Origin: Candidatus Kapaibacterium sp.
GTDB lineage: Bacteria > Bacteroidota > Ignavibacteria > Kapaibacteriales > UBA2268
NCBI GenBank assembly: GCA_963665665.1
Contig: OY762428.1
Coordinates: forward strand, 5,344,001-5,408,000
Direction of reading: 5' to 3'
Length of the DNA stretch: 64,000 bases
The notes under the pieces were generated by a model. That model was not told the DNA's origin. It made no database searches and saw only the letters and a program-made list of their open reading frames with translations. Positions 8,410 to 19,746 of this stretch are shown piece by piece. A program made the translations under genes and the position numbers. Within the stretch, counting starts at the first letter, position 1. Every line of letters begins with the position of its first letter.

Positions 8410-11190
8410 ATGAAACTCTGCTTTACACTTTTACTTATCTTTTCTATATCAATCAGCAACGCTGAATCAATTGAATTGAACGAAACTCCTCCCGACAAAA
8501 GGCAGGATTTCGAGCTTATGAAACTTGCTAATCCTGAGACCGGGCAGATTCCAGAAGGAATCAGAATGAAAGAAATGGAGTTTGCCAGGAACCTGGAACT
8601 TCGTAATAAAGGACATAAATTCAGGAACGAATCCATTCTTAATAACCAGTGGGTAAGTGCCGGACCAGCCAATGTCGGCGGGCGAACAAGGGCTGTGGGC
8701 ATTGATGTTCGATATAACGGTAGTTCAAATAAAGTCATTCTTGCCGGAGGAGTTTCAGGAGGGATGTACAAATCTGTTGACGGTGGACAGTCGTGGGTAA
8801 TGACAACCGATAAGATGTATTGTCCCTCGGTAAGCTGCATTGCTCAGGATACACGTCAGGGCAAGGAAAACAACTGGTATATCGGCAGCGGAGAATTTAT
8901 TGGCAATTCCGCTTCATCTCGGGAGCACCGGTTTACCGGATATTACAATGGCACGGGAGTATATCATTCCAGTGACAATGGTTCCAGCTGGCGGTTATGC
9001 AGTGCATTTGATAATTTTCAGCAGGGAAAATTCAGAAGCAAATCTTATATATGGAATATTGCCCTTGACTTCACTGATTCTGATAATCCGATTATTTATA
9101 TTGCCTGCTATGGCGGTATATTCAGGTCAACCGACAACGGGGACAGCTTTGATTTGGTTCTTGGCGAGGAAATGGACGGACAGCAATATGGTTATTCAAT
9201 GGTAAGCGATATTCTTTTCTGCGAAGACGGAGCCAAATACGCCTACCTTAGCGTTCTGGATGAATATTCCTATTATGGACAGACAACTCAAAACCAGACA
9301 CACGGACTTTTCAGATCAGAAGATGGCATCAACTGGACGGATATTACGCCATCTCATCAATTTGGAGGCGCTCACAGAAGGATTGTATTTGCTGAAGGCA
9401 ACCCTGAAAACAATGAAATATTTCTGCTTGGCAGTACTCCCGGATTCGGGAAAAAATTTCATTATTCTTCTTCAATACGTGATTATCATTGCCTGTTGAA
9501 ATATGAATATATTTCCGGAGACGGAAGTGGCGACGGCGGCCAGTGGACTGATTATTCAAGCTATCTACCCTTCGAATATACTTCACAGGGCTCTTATAAT
9601 ATGGTAATAGCTCTGAATCCGGTGAACTACGATAATATATACATTGGCGGTAGAAACCTTTATATGGGAAAACTCTCAAATATTATGAACGGGTTTTTCC
9701 AGGTCGGTGGCTATTATTCTTATGATATTTATAATAATTGTAATATTGAGCCGGAAGAGTGGGAAAACCATGCCGACCAGCATACAATTGATTTTTTCCC
9801 GAATAACCCTGAGCAAATTCTTGTCGGAACGGACGGAGGATTGTTCAAAGCGCCAAATTCCTTTAGCGTGTGTATGGATTGGGAAACCCTGAATAACAAT
9901 TACCTTACAACACAGTTCTATACCGTGGCTGTTGATGAGCAGCACAGCAACAATAATATGCTTATGGGAGGTTTGCAGGATAATAACACACTGGCAACAT
10001 TTGATGATACAGGTGATTGGTATGCAATTAACAGCGGAGACGGTTCATATTGTTCGTTTGGTAAAGAGTCAAAATACATGTTCGTCTCATCACAATATGC
10101 AATTTTATCCAGAATAATTTATGATCCGGACGATCAATCTTATGTCCACAGAATATTTAATGAAAATGGTGATATAGACAACTTTTCATTTGTAACTCCG
10201 TTCGTTCTTGATCCAGAAACTAAAGAAAATCTTTTTATTATATCGCGCACAAGGCTTTACAGGCTGACAAATCTTTACGATGCGAACGGTAATATTTCTT
10301 ATGAAATAATCAACTACCTTGATAATTCGGAATATTTTAACCAGGGATTAACGGTATCAAAAAAAACAGGTACATTATGGGCCGGTGGATATAAAACTGT
10401 TGGTTCTACTTATAGGCCGTTTTTGTTGAGAATTAAAAATCCAACAACATCTTCAATGATTTCAGATAAATTCCAGCCTGAAAATTTTCCTGAGAAAGGA
10501 TATATCGAATGCATTGCCGTCGATCCTGAAAATGACGATGAAATTTTCGTTGTCTTCTCCAACTACGGTATACCAAGTTTATTCTATTCACAAGACGGCG
10601 GAAACAATTTCACTGATATTGGCGGCAACCTGGAAGAAAACCCCGACGGAAGCGGAAACGGCCCATCAATAAGATGGATAGAACCCGTTTATGTAAACAA
10701 CAATCCGAACCCAATTTACTTATTAGGTACAAGTATCGGCCTGTACGCAACAGAAAAAATCGAAGGATCGGACACGAATTGGGCTCAAATTGCAAAAGAA
10801 AGTATAGGAAATGTTGTTGTTCCTATGATAAGGGTAAGGCAGTCCGATGGCTACTGCGCAGTAGCAACACATGGGCGCGGGGTATTCAAAACATTTATCG
10901 AGCCGAACAAAGTTGAAGGAAAAACATCATCTATGGCAGGAATAGGCAATTTTATCCCGAATCCGGCCAAAGCTAAATCATCGATATTTATCAGCGGATT
11001 TGAAGGAAAGTGTTTTGAAATAAAAATTTATGATATAGCAGGAAGGGTAATTAAAGATTATGGCAGTATAACTATCCACTCAGGATACCAGGAATTCCAG
11101 GCTGATATTGAAGGTCTTGGCTGCGGAGAGTATTATGTGCACTTTTCAAATGAATTCAAATCATTTACACGAAAATTGATTATTGAATAA
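8410..11190 (+). CDS. Secreted VPS10/BNR-repeat (sialidase-like) protein with T9SS sorting domain
   Basis: GPANVGGRTRA, multiple SxDGGxSW Asp-boxes, HADQH, GGLQDN, ATHGRG; C-terminal PNPA...IYDIAGR...GEYYV. Confidence 0.9.
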   Translation: MKLCFTLLLIFSISISNAESIELNETPPDKRQDFELMKLANPETGQIPEGIRMKEMEFARNLELRNKGHKFRNESILNNQWVSAGPANVGGRTRAVGIDVRYNGSSNKVILAGGVSGGMYKSVDGGQSWVMTTDKMYCPSVSCIAQDTRQGKENNWYIGSGEFIGNSASSREHRFTGYYNGTGVYHSSDNGSSWRLCSAFDNFQQGKFRSKSYIWNIALDFTDSDNPIIYIACYGGIFRSTDNGDSFDLVLGEEMDGQQYGYSMVSDILFCEDGAKYAYLSVLDEYSYYGQTTQNQTHGLFRSEDGINWTDITPSHQFGGAHRRIVFAEGNPENNEIFLLGSTPGFGKKFHYSSSIRDYHCLLKYEYISGDGSGDGGQWTDYSSYLPFEYTSQGSYNMVIALNPVNYDNIYIGGRNLYMGKLSNIMNGFFQVGGYYSYDIYNNCNIEPEEWENHADQHTIDFFPNNPEQILVGTDGGLFKAPNSFSVCMDWETLNNNYLTTQFYTVAVDEQHSNNNMLMGGLQDNNTLATFDDTGDWYAINSGDGSYCSFGKESKYMFVSSQYAILSRIIYDPDDQSYVHRIFNENGDIDNFSFVTPFVLDPETKENLFIISRTRLYRLTNLYDANGNISYEIINYLDNSEYFNQGLTVSKKTGTLWAGGYKTVGSTYRPFLLRIKNPTTSSMISDKFQPENFPEKGYIECIAVDPENDDEIFVVFSNYGIPSLFYSQDGGNNFTDIGGNLEENPDGSGNGPSIRWIEPVYVNNNPNPIYLLGTSIGLYATEKIEGSDTNWAQIAKESIGNVVVPMIRVRQSDGYCAVATHGRGVFKTFIEPNKVEGKTSSMAGIGNFIPNPAKAKSSIFISGFEGKCFEIKIYDIAGRVIKDYGSITIHSGYQEFQADIEGLGCGEYYVHFSNEFKSFTRKLIIE

Positions 11191-11290
11191 ATATTTTATT
11201 CCTTTCATAACTTTCAACTGCTTTTCAGGATGTCATACATGGCGCATCCAAGAGCAACCACATTTCCAAGCCGTCGGCAACTGTCCCTCA

Positions 11291-11321
11291 TCCCCCTCCT
11301 TCATAAGTGAAGGAGGGGGAT
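11291..11321. repeat. REP-like hairpin
   Basis: TCCCCCTCCTTCA-TAAG-TGAAGGAGGGGGA; related to TCCCCTCCTACATTAGGAGGGGA at about 1012-1034. Confidence 0.6.
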
Positions 11322-11525
11322 TAAATCAATAGTTTATTTAATTCTTATCCCATACTTATAAAGGATACTGCAAGCCTTGAGCATAGTGGATTTAAGGGGT
11401 GGCCCGGGAATGATATTAGATGCCGGATAAATAAAGCCTCCCCGTCGGAAGTAGTCTGTTCTTATCTTCCTTCCCGGGTTGGAATAAAAACAGGGATTCA
11501 AAAGAAAAATAGTAATTACAAATAC

Positions 11526-11558
11526 AAAATCCGGCCTTTAAGATAAAAACCGGATTTG
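11526..11558 (-). terminator. Intrinsic terminator after the downstream MCP gene
   Basis: AAATCCGG...CCGGATTT stem just past the stop codon; similar to the hairpin at 15469-15497. Confidence 0.6.
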
Positions 11559-11583
11559 TTTAAAAAATCAATTATTACAATTA

Positions 11584-14500
11584 TCAATACTTACCGAAAT
11601 CATCATCGTCCAGGTTGATGATTTCATCAGGATATTCTTCTATTTCATCGTTATCAAGTGGTTCGGGTAAGCTCCTTGTTGGCCTGCCTGAACCAATATA
11701 ACGGGAACTTTCAATTTGTCCGGAATCAGACAAATAGTCACTTGTCTTTAGCCTGAATTTAGATATCATACCCTTCAGGTTATTGGCCTGGCCTGAAAGT
11801 TCCTCGCTTGCAGACGCACTTTGCTCGGCGCTGGCAGTATTTGTCTGCGTTACTTTGTCTATCTGCGTAAGGCCTTCGTTTATCTGGCTGATTGCCTGGG
11901 CCTGTTCGTTAGATAGTGTTGCTATTTCGCCAACAATATCTGCTGATTTTACCGAGGAATTTGATATTTCCTTCAGCACTTCCGATGTCCTGCTTGCAAG
12001 CATAGAGCCGTTCTCTACAACTTTTATGCTTCCTTCGATAAGTTCGGCAGTTTCTTTAGCTGCGGTTGCACTTCGGGCCGCAAGGTTGCGGACTTCCTCG
12101 GCAACTACGGCAAAACCTTTACCGTGGCGGCCTGCCCGGGCTGCTTCAACTGCGGCATTCAATGCCAGAAGGTTTGTCTGGAAAGCTATTTCGTCAATTA
12201 CTTTGATAATCTTGGAGATATTCATACTGGATTCGGATATTTCGCTCATGGCTTTGTTCAGGTTATCCATTTCGGAATTGCCTTTTTCGGCAGAATCACG
12301 AGATTCTTCAGTCAGTGTTTTGGCTACATTGGCATTTTCGGCATTCAGCCTTGTCTGGCCTCCTATCTCGGACATAGAGCTTGTAATTTCCTCGAGGCTG
12401 GCTGCCTGCTCGGTAGCTCCCTGCGAAAGCGAAGTGCTGGCGTCTGATACCTGGACTGCCCCTCGGTTTACTTCTTCGACAGTGGACATAACCTGGGAAA
12501 GAATTTCATTCATTGAAGATATTGTTGCATTCAGGGCTTCCTGAAGACGCTTGCTGTCACCTTTGAACGAACCATCCATCTCGTGTGTAAGATCACCCTT
12601 TGCAATAGCTTCCAGAGTAGCAATTGCCTGCCTGAACGGCATAAGGCGGATTGTTTCATTAATCGAATTCTTCAGAATTGCATGGTCGCCCTTGAAGTCA
12701 CCTTCCATTTCAACTGACAGATTACCTTCGGCCATTTCTTTAAGAACATCCACTGCTTCTTCAACAGGATCAAGAATCAGGTCAAGTGTCTGGTTCAATC
12801 CGGCAGCCATATCCCGGAAAGATCCTTTGAAACCTGTTATAACAGCTCTGACTTTCAGGTCGCCTTCTTCTGCTGCTTTTATCAAACCTGATATTTCAGA
12901 ATTAACATTTACAAGGTTATTTCTTAATTCGTCAACCATTTCATTAGCGATTTTACGTTTTCCTTCAAGTTGCTCAAGCCTGCCTGAAAAATCGCCCTCG
13001 GAGTATAATTTCAAAACATTCAGAATTTTATTAATAACTCCGTTTATTTCATTTACAGTTTCATTAAAACCATTTGCCATTTCGTGATAGGCACCGGTGA
13101 ACCTTTCGGTATTAATATTATAATCAATATCCCCCTTGCCCTGCATCACAGACATAGTATTCATTTCTTTAATAAAATTATTCAGAGTATCTATCAATAA
13201 ATTTATATTATTTTTAATTTCGTTGAAATCACCTTTGTATTCATCTTCAATTCTGGGCGGAATATCGCCTTTGCTGATAAGGTCGACATACTCGGCTGTT
13301 ACATTTAGTGGTGTAATAATATTGTCCAGTGTTGAATTAATTCCGTCAACCAGGGTTTTAAATGCACCATTGTATTCATCTGAACTACCCCTGATATCAA
13401 GCTTTCCTTTATCCATAGCTTCAATCAGTTCGTCTGTTGTTCCTATCAGATTCCTAAGAGTTTGAACAACGATCGTAAATGATTCTGCCAATTTTCCGAT
13501 CTCATCGTTTGATTTAATATCGATATTAACATCCAGGTTACCCTCTTTTATCTTACCGGCAACCTCGGTTAATTGCCTGACAGGATTGGCAATTTTATTA
13601 CTTATAATGTAGGCAATAAATATCATTATACTCATCAGTATCAGGCCGATAATCACGGAAGCAATTATCATTGTATCAATAGCATCCAGAAAAGCATCCT
13701 GAGTTTGCATAAAGTCTTCTTCATAAGCGCTTGCTCCGATTATCCAGCCCCATGGTTCAAAATAAGTAAGGGCAGCAATTTTATTTTTTGGGTCTTCATT
13801 TTCGGAATTTCTCCAGGAATAGGTTTGGAAATGTATTTCGCCGGGCTTAAGTTCAATTGATTTCTTAATCATTTCCTGAATGAATAATTCATCATTTGCA
13901 TCTTTTTCCTCCCAAACGTCTGCACCGTCTCTTTTTCCCTGGTAGGAAACAATATATTTTCCTTTTTCATTTCCTTCAGCACCAAGAACAAATACATAAC
14001 CGGATTTTCCGACTTTAGTATTTATAATTCCTTCCCGAAGATCGGTAACATACTCCATCTTCTTGCCAAAATACAAAGCACCAATTACTTTACCTGCGGC
14101 GTTCTTGATAGGTTCATATATTGTTATATACCATGCGTTCACAACGTATGCTTTGCCCCTGAAAGTATTTCCGGATAATAAAGTCTGGACAACTTTATTG
14201 GGAGTACCATCTGGATTATTAGCAGGAATATAGGTTCCTATAGCACGGTCTCCGTCTGATTTTTTTACATTAGTGGCCACACGAAGCATATCTCCGGCAT
14301 CGTTCATTCTCTGGAAAATTGTACAGGTCGATCCAACCAGATCATAGGTTTTATCAACAACGGGAGTACGGATGCCAAATGATTTATTTTTACCAAGCCA
14401 TGTAGATCCGAGCATCATTTTTTGCAAATTGACAGGAGTTGATTGCTTTGTAAACTGGTTAACAGCATCCCACCCGACGGTTTCATTTGCTATATACGGA

Positions 14501-14766
14501 TTACCTGTGCTTAGCATCACATCCCTGGCCACATTAAGATTTTTCTCAACATCTTTTTCGATCATCGAGTTGGCTGTTTTCACCATATTGTAAACATTAA
14601 GAGAAATCTGGCCAACATTATCTTCTTTTATTTTATGTAATTCATTTAAAGTAGTCTCGCTTGTGGTTGATTTTGAAATCAAAGAGACAACTATTACTGC
14701 AAAAATGGGCAGTACAGCAGCAAGAACTGCATTACCCATGATCTTCTGTTTCACGTTGAAGTTCAT
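11584..14766 (-). CDS. Methyl-accepting chemotaxis protein (Cache_3-Cache_2 sensor, multiple HAMP domains)
   Basis: Two TM segments flanking a Cache region ([25 protein letters not shown]); repeated HAMP units; hairpin tip [20 protein letters not shown]; C-terminal DFGKY pentapeptide. Confidence 0.97.
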   Translation of the reverse strand: MNFNVKQKIMGNAVLAAVLPIFAVIVVSLISKSTTSETTLNELHKIKEDNVGQISLNVYNMVKTANSMIEKDVEKNLNVARDVMLSTGNPYIANETVGWDAVNQFTKQSTPVNLQKMMLGSTWLGKNKSFGIRTPVVDKTYDLVGSTCTIFQRMNDAGDMLRVATNVKKSDGDRAIGTYIPANNPDGTPNKVVQTLLSGNTFRGKAYVVNAWYITIYEPIKNAAGKVIGALYFGKKMEYVTDLREGIINTKVGKSGYVFVLGAEGNEKGKYIVSYQGKRDGADVWEEKDANDELFIQEMIKKSIELKPGEIHFQTYSWRNSENEDPKNKIAALTYFEPWGWIIGASAYEEDFMQTQDAFLDAIDTMIIASVIIGLILMSIMIFIAYIISNKIANPVRQLTEVAGKIKEGNLDVNIDIKSNDEIGKLAESFTIVVQTLRNLIGTTDELIEAMDKGKLDIRGSSDEYNGAFKTLVDGINSTLDNIITPLNVTAEYVDLISKGDIPPRIEDEYKGDFNEIKNNINLLIDTLNNFIKEMNTMSVMQGKGDIDYNINTERFTGAYHEMANGFNETVNEINGVINKILNVLKLYSEGDFSGRLEQLEGKRKIANEMVDELRNNLVNVNSEISGLIKAAEEGDLKVRAVITGFKGSFRDMAAGLNQTLDLILDPVEEAVDVLKEMAEGNLSVEMEGDFKGDHAILKNSINETIRLMPFRQAIATLEAIAKGDLTHEMDGSFKGDSKRLQEALNATISSMNEILSQVMSTVEEVNRGAVQVSDASTSLSQGATEQAASLEEITSSMSEIGGQTRLNAENANVAKTLTEESRDSAEKGNSEMDNLNKAMSEISESSMNISKIIKVIDEIAFQTNLLALNAAVEAARAGRHGKGFAVVAEEVRNLAARSATAAKETAELIEGSIKVVENGSMLASRTSEVLKEISNSSVKSADIVGEIATLSNEQAQAISQINEGLTQIDKVTQTNTASAEQSASASEELSGQANNLKGMISKFRLKTSDYLSDSGQIESSRYIGSGRPTRSLPEPLDNDEIEEYPDEIINLDDDDFGKY

Positions 14767-14809
14767 TTGTCATTCCCTATAAATATTATTTCATTCTATC
14801 AGACAGTAA

Positions 14810-15325
14810 CTATTCTTCGCTTAAACTTGACAAATCGTCCATTTCGTTTTCGGAGAATATTTTGTTTAAATTTAAAATAATTTTGATTGAATCGGCTGCT
14901 TTTCCAATTCCCTGGATATACTTATTTTTATGTCCGAAATTTGATTTTGGAGGGGGAGAAATATTTTCATTTTCGATATTCAGGACTTCGGACACAGTAT
15001 CAACAATCAACCCGAAAAGAACATCCTGAACGTTAACAACTATAATACAGGTTCTGTCCTCGTATTCCTTTTCTTCAACCTTGAACCTGAGCCTGACATC
15101 AATAACAGGTATTACCTGGCCTCTTAAATTAATTACTCCTTTAATAAAGTTGGGCATTTCCGGCAATTGTGTAATTTTCTGAATACCGATTATTTCCGTA
15201 ACATATCTGATCTCTACGGCATAATCTTCATCCGCAATCCTGAAGGTAAGATATTTATCCTTCATTGCATCTTCTTCTACATCAATCATTTCATTTACAT
15301 CATAAAAATCGTCTTTCATTTCCAT
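14810..15325 (-). CDS. cheW: Chemotaxis coupling protein CheW
   Basis: YLTF...EIIG...ITxLP...GVINLRGQVIPVIDVR...GLIVDxVSEV. Confidence 0.97.
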   Translation of the reverse strand: MEMKDDFYDVNEMIDVEEDAMKDKYLTFRIADEDYAVEIRYVTEIIGIQKITQLPEMPNFIKGVINLRGQVIPVIDVRLRFKVEEKEYEDRTCIIVVNVQDVLFGLIVDTVSEVLNIENENISPPPKSNFGHKNKYIQGIGKAADSIKIILNLNKIFSENEMDDLSSLSEE

Positions 15326-15468
15326 AGGTGCTCCGTTTGATGTTCATAATTGATAAATTTCCTAAAGTTTATATCTTTATCCAGTCATAATATAATCTTT
15401 ATTAGTATCATTTCAAATAATTTAATAATTTTTCCACAGAAAAGAAAATATATAATTATAAAAAACAA

Positions 15469-15497
15469 ATCCGGTTTTTTTAAATAAAAAACCGGAT
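15469..15497 (-). terminator. Intrinsic terminator after the upstream MCP gene
   Basis: ATCCGGTTTTTT-TAAAT-AAAAAACCGGAT, followed by TTGTTTTTT on the minus strand. Confidence 0.65.
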
Positions 15498-15524
15498 CTA
15501 TTAACTAACACATTAAATAAATTA

Positions 15525-18500
15525 TCAATATTTACCAAAATCATCATCATCCAGATTAATTACATCATCAGGACTTGTTTCGATTTCATCATCGAATGAT
15601 TCAGGAAGACGCTTATTATCTCTACCGGAATTGATCATTGCGCCACCTTCGTAGGATTGTCCCGAAAGGCTGTAATTCCCGGCTTTTAATGAAAATTTCG
15701 ATATCATACCTTTCAGGTTATTCGCCTGCCCGGAAAGTTCCTCGCTGGCCGACGCACTTTGCTCGGCACTTGCCGTATTGGTCTGAGTTACTTTATCAAT
15801 CTGAGTAAGGCCTTCATTAATCTGAGCAATGGCCTGTGCCTGTTCATTCGAAAGATTAGCAATCTCGCCAACAATATCAGCAGACTTAATTGAAGAATTG
15901 GTAATTTCCTTAAGAACCTCAGATGTCCTGTTAGCAAGCATGGATCCATTTTCAACAACCTTGATACTACCTTCTATAAGTTCTGCTGTTTCCTTTGCGG
16001 CAGTAGCGCTTCTTGCTGCCAGGTTGCGAACTTCCTCGGCAACAACAGCAAAACCTTTACCATGGCGTCCAGCACGTGCGGCTTCAACAGCAGCATTCAG
16101 TGCAAGAAGATTCGTCTGGAATGCTATTTCATCAATAACTTTAATAATCTTTGAAATATTCATACTCGATTCTGATATCTCGCTCATAGCCTTGTTCAGG
16201 TTTTCCATCTCGGCATTACCTTTTTCCGAAGAATCACGGGATTCATCTGTCAGAGTTTTTGCAAGGCTGGCATTTTCAGCATTATGTCTTGTCTGGGAAC
16301 CTATTTCAGACATAGAACTTGTTATTTCTTCAAGAGAAGCAGCCTGTTCAGTTGCACCCTGCGACAGAGAAGTACTGGCATCGGAAACCTGAATTGCTCC
16401 GCGGTTGACTTCATCAACAGTAGCCATTACCTGGGATAATATTTCGTTCATAGAACTGATCGTCTCATTCAGTGCATTCTGAAGGCGCTGGCTGTCTCCT
16501 TTGAAATCACCATCCATATCACGTGTAAGGTCTCCGTCGGCAATTGATTCAAGTGTAGCGATAGCCTGCCTGAAAGGCATTAGCCTGATTGTTTCGTTAA
16601 TTGAATCCTTCAGCAGGTTATGATCGCCATTATAATCACCTTTCATCTCGACGGAAAGGTTACCTGCAGCCATCTGCTGGAGTGTTTTTACAGCTTCATT
16701 AATGGGATCGAGAATAAGGTCTAATGTTTTATTCAAGCCGTTAACCATATCTGCATAAGCCCCCATGAAGCCTTCAGCATCCGCCCTTACACTTAGATGT
16801 CCCTGTTCTGATGAATCAATTAATTTATTGATCTCGCCATTAACATTAATAAGATTATTTCTGATTAAATCCATTTTTTCATTAGCAACAGCTCTTTTAC
16901 CTTCCATCTTTTCAAGAACAATATCAAAATTGCCCTCGGCATAAGATGTAATGACATCCAAAATTTTAAGAATAGCCTGGTTAATTTCATTAACAGTATT
17001 ATTAAATCCTTCTGTCATTTGCTTATAAACGCCTGAAAAATTATTTGCGTCAATATTAAAATCAATTTCCCCGGCAGCCTGATTTTTCGCCATATCATCC
17101 ATTCCGCCGACAAAGTTATTCAAAGAATCGATTAGCAGATTCAGATTATTTTTAATTTCAATAAAGTCGCCTTTATAGTCATCTGTAATTTTTGGAGGCA
17201 TATCACCTTTACTAATCCGGTCAACGTATTCAGCAGTTACATTCAAAGGCTTAATTATATTGTCCATAGTTTGATTGAAACCGTCCACAAGAGTCTTGAA
17301 CGCTCCCTGATAATTATCAGATTTGCCCCTGACATCGAGTTTACCTTCTGCAGCGGCTTCAATCAGGGTATCCGTAGTTCCTATCAGGTTGTTAAGGGTT
17401 TCGATAACAACAGAGAAGGCCGCGGCAAGCTGCCCTATCTCATCTTTGGATTTCACGTCAATCGAAACATTCAGGTTTCCATCTTTGATCTTGTTAGCGG
17501 CTTCTGTCAGTTCTTTAACCGGATTGGCAATTCTTGAACTAATGATCAAAGCTACAACGATCATACCTATCATCAGAATAACACCAAAAACAACAGACCA
17601 GAGTATTGTAGAATTAATTGCGCCAAGAAGAACATCGCGGGTAGCGTAAAAATCATCCTCGTAAGCACCGGCACCAATAACCCATCCCCATGGTTCGAAA
17701 TATTTAATACCAACAATTTTCGTTCTAGCTTCGGTTTCTCCTTCATTTCTCCAGGGATAAATATCATAAGCAATTTCATCCGGTTTCAGATCGATTGCCT
17801 TATTAATGATATCCTGAATAAACAGCCTTCCACTATCATCTTTTGTTTCCCAAATTAACTTACCGTCACTTTCCCCGTTCTTGGAGATAATATATTTACC
17901 TTTCTCATCGCCTCTTGAACCCAGGATATATACATAACCTGTTTTACCAACGAGAGTTTTCATTATAGCCTGCCTAAGGCTTTTGGCAGATTCCATTTTC
18001 TTGGCAATTGCAATAGCTCCGATAACTTTTCCGGAAGCATCCTTCAGGGGTTCGTATTTTGCAATATACCAGTCATCAACAACCCAGGCTTTGCCAGTAT
18101 ACGATTCGCCGTTCAACAACCTTGAAACAACTGCATTCGGAGTACCATCTGAGTTTATTGAAGGAATATAGGTGCCCAGTGCCCTTTGCCCGTTGGTACT
18201 TACACTTGTAGCAACCCTTATCATATCGCCGGCGTCGTTCATTTTCTGGAAAACGGAAGCAACCCCGTTGTGTAATTCCGGTATTTTATCAACGATGGGT
18301 ACTCTCTGATCGGCAGAAGTGATTTTTCCAAGCCATGTGGAACCGACCATCATTTTGGGTAATGAAACAGTCTTTGTTTGTTTTGTTTCTGAATTTACAG
18401 CATCCCACTGAACATATTCATTAGTAGCAAGATTGGGTGTGCCATATCTTTTCATAATGTCGAAACAGGAATTGAAAGTATAGCCAATTTCCTGCATCAG

Positions 18501-18704
18501 CATTTCATTTGATGCTTCTATCATGGAATATACTGCTTCTGTAACCTGCCGGACATTCTGCTCTTTGATATTGTCCAATTCTTCCAAAGTATCGTCACTT
18601 GCACTGCCTCTTTGTATCAGTGAAACAACTACTACCGCGATAATCGGTAGCAGAGCCGCTAATACAGCCGTTCCTAAAATCTTTTGCTTTACGTTCAAAT
18701 TCAT
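15525..18704 (-). CDS. Methyl-accepting chemotaxis protein (paralog of 11584..14766)
   Basis: Same architecture, 1059 vs 1060 aa, near-identical signalling domain and DDFGKY end. Confidence 0.97.
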   Translation of the reverse strand: MNLNVKQKILGTAVLAALLPIIAVVVVSLIQRGSASDDTLEELDNIKEQNVRQVTEAVYSMIEASNEMLMQEIGYTFNSCFDIMKRYGTPNLATNEYVQWDAVNSETKQTKTVSLPKMMVGSTWLGKITSADQRVPIVDKIPELHNGVASVFQKMNDAGDMIRVATSVSTNGQRALGTYIPSINSDGTPNAVVSRLLNGESYTGKAWVVDDWYIAKYEPLKDASGKVIGAIAIAKKMESAKSLRQAIMKTLVGKTGYVYILGSRGDEKGKYIISKNGESDGKLIWETKDDSGRLFIQDIINKAIDLKPDEIAYDIYPWRNEGETEARTKIVGIKYFEPWGWVIGAGAYEDDFYATRDVLLGAINSTILWSVVFGVILMIGMIVVALIISSRIANPVKELTEAANKIKDGNLNVSIDVKSKDEIGQLAAAFSVVIETLNNLIGTTDTLIEAAAEGKLDVRGKSDNYQGAFKTLVDGFNQTMDNIIKPLNVTAEYVDRISKGDMPPKITDDYKGDFIEIKNNLNLLIDSLNNFVGGMDDMAKNQAAGEIDFNIDANNFSGVYKQMTEGFNNTVNEINQAILKILDVITSYAEGNFDIVLEKMEGKRAVANEKMDLIRNNLINVNGEINKLIDSSEQGHLSVRADAEGFMGAYADMVNGLNKTLDLILDPINEAVKTLQQMAAGNLSVEMKGDYNGDHNLLKDSINETIRLMPFRQAIATLESIADGDLTRDMDGDFKGDSQRLQNALNETISSMNEILSQVMATVDEVNRGAIQVSDASTSLSQGATEQAASLEEITSSMSEIGSQTRHNAENASLAKTLTDESRDSSEKGNAEMENLNKAMSEISESSMNISKIIKVIDEIAFQTNLLALNAAVEAARAGRHGKGFAVVAEEVRNLAARSATAAKETAELIEGSIKVVENGSMLANRTSEVLKEITNSSIKSADIVGEIANLSNEQAQAIAQINEGLTQIDKVTQTNTASAEQSASASEELSGQANNLKGMISKFSLKAGNYSLSGQSYEGGAMINSGRDNKRLPESFDDEIETSPDDVINLDDDDFGKY

Positions 18705-19015
18705 ATAGCCCCCTGGTTATTGAATTGTTAATGATGAAATAAACATATTTTTTGATGTGAGAATTTTTATTATGTCCTGATTTTAGTTTGTATCATACTT
18801 AACATTAATAGATGGTATTTAAATAAATATATTGCATAGATTAAAATATTAAAAAAGAATAATCAATACCTTTTTAATAATATAAATCAAAATGTAACTA
18901 ATTGCAAGAAATATAAAAAAATATTTTCAGGTTTTTAAAAATATTTTTTTTTACCTGAATATTTATTATGCTGTATTGTATTGAAAACGCAAGGAATTGA
19001 CAACAAGATTGACTT

Positions 19016-19067
19016 TTTATACTAATTAGTATAAATACGAACAAAATTTATACTAATTAGTATAAAT
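19016..19067. promoter_or_regulatory. Two perfect 20-bp palindromic operators TTTATACTAATTAGTATAAA
   Basis: Identical palindromes at 19016-19035 and 19047-19066 (31-bp offset), ~55 bp upstream of an HTH gene. TTGACA (18997) and TTGACT (19009) lie just upstream. Confidence 0.75.
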
Positions 19068-19119
19068 CTAACTCAAATTTGAAACAATTGAATTAATTTT
19101 TGGGATAGGAACAGATATT

Positions 19120-19743
19120 ATGTTAACATTCGGAGACAGGCTAAATAAATTTATTCAGCAAAATTTCGGCTCAAATATTCGTTTTGCAGAAATTGTCGGT
19201 GTAAAATTTACATCTGTTAGCAGGTATATATACAATAAATCAATGCCCGGCGGAGAAATGCTTTCAAAATTCTACGAATCGGGGTTATCCATAGACTGGT
19301 TAATTAGTGGTAACGGGTCAATGTATTCAATAAACAGCGAAGGAAGAAAATTAAAAATGAAGTATCAGGAATCTAAAGAAATCCCGACAACTCCCTTTGG
19401 CAGATTAAAATACTGGATAAATGATAATTATAGAAGTCTCGAGAATTACTGCATGATATTAAATATTGATGCTGATATTTTAACCAATATCCTGTATGAC
19501 GACATGATACCTGATTCAGGATTAATTACAACAATAAGAAAATCCGGCTGTAACATCCAATGGCTTGTCAGCGGTTCAGGAGACGAATATGAGAATAATC
19601 CTGCCGGGGTTCTGCTTAAAATGAAAAAACATGAAAATTATGACGAGGAAAAAACAAACGAGGAAAAACAAAAATTATTAAATAAATTGGAAGTATCAAA
19701 AAAGGACGATTTAAAATTTCTAATGAAACTGGTTGTTGACTAA
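19120..19743 (+). CDS. Transcriptional regulator with two tandem XRE/CI-like HTH domains
   Basis: FGDRL...FAEIVGV...VSRY...P...GLSIDWLISGNGSM and a second copy FGRL...P...GCNIQWLVSGSGDE; no S24 peptidase domain. Confidence 0.85.
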   Translation: MLTFGDRLNKFIQQNFGSNIRFAEIVGVKFTSVSRYIYNKSMPGGEMLSKFYESGLSIDWLISGNGSMYSINSEGRKLKMKYQESKEIPTTPFGRLKYWINDNYRSLENYCMILNIDADILTNILYDDMIPDSGLITTIRKSGCNIQWLVSGSGDEYENNPAGVLLKMKKHENYDEEKTNEEKQKLLNKLEVSKKDDLKFLMKLVVD

Positions 19744-19746
19744 AAA

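Noticed and set aside
11783-18708. Long plus-strand ORFs (e.g. 11783..12544, 15829..16392)
   Set aside because: Antisense shadows of the MCP genes.
19120-19743. Prophage marked by a CI-like repressor
   Set aside because: No integrase, structural, replication or lysis genes and no att-like repeats nearby.
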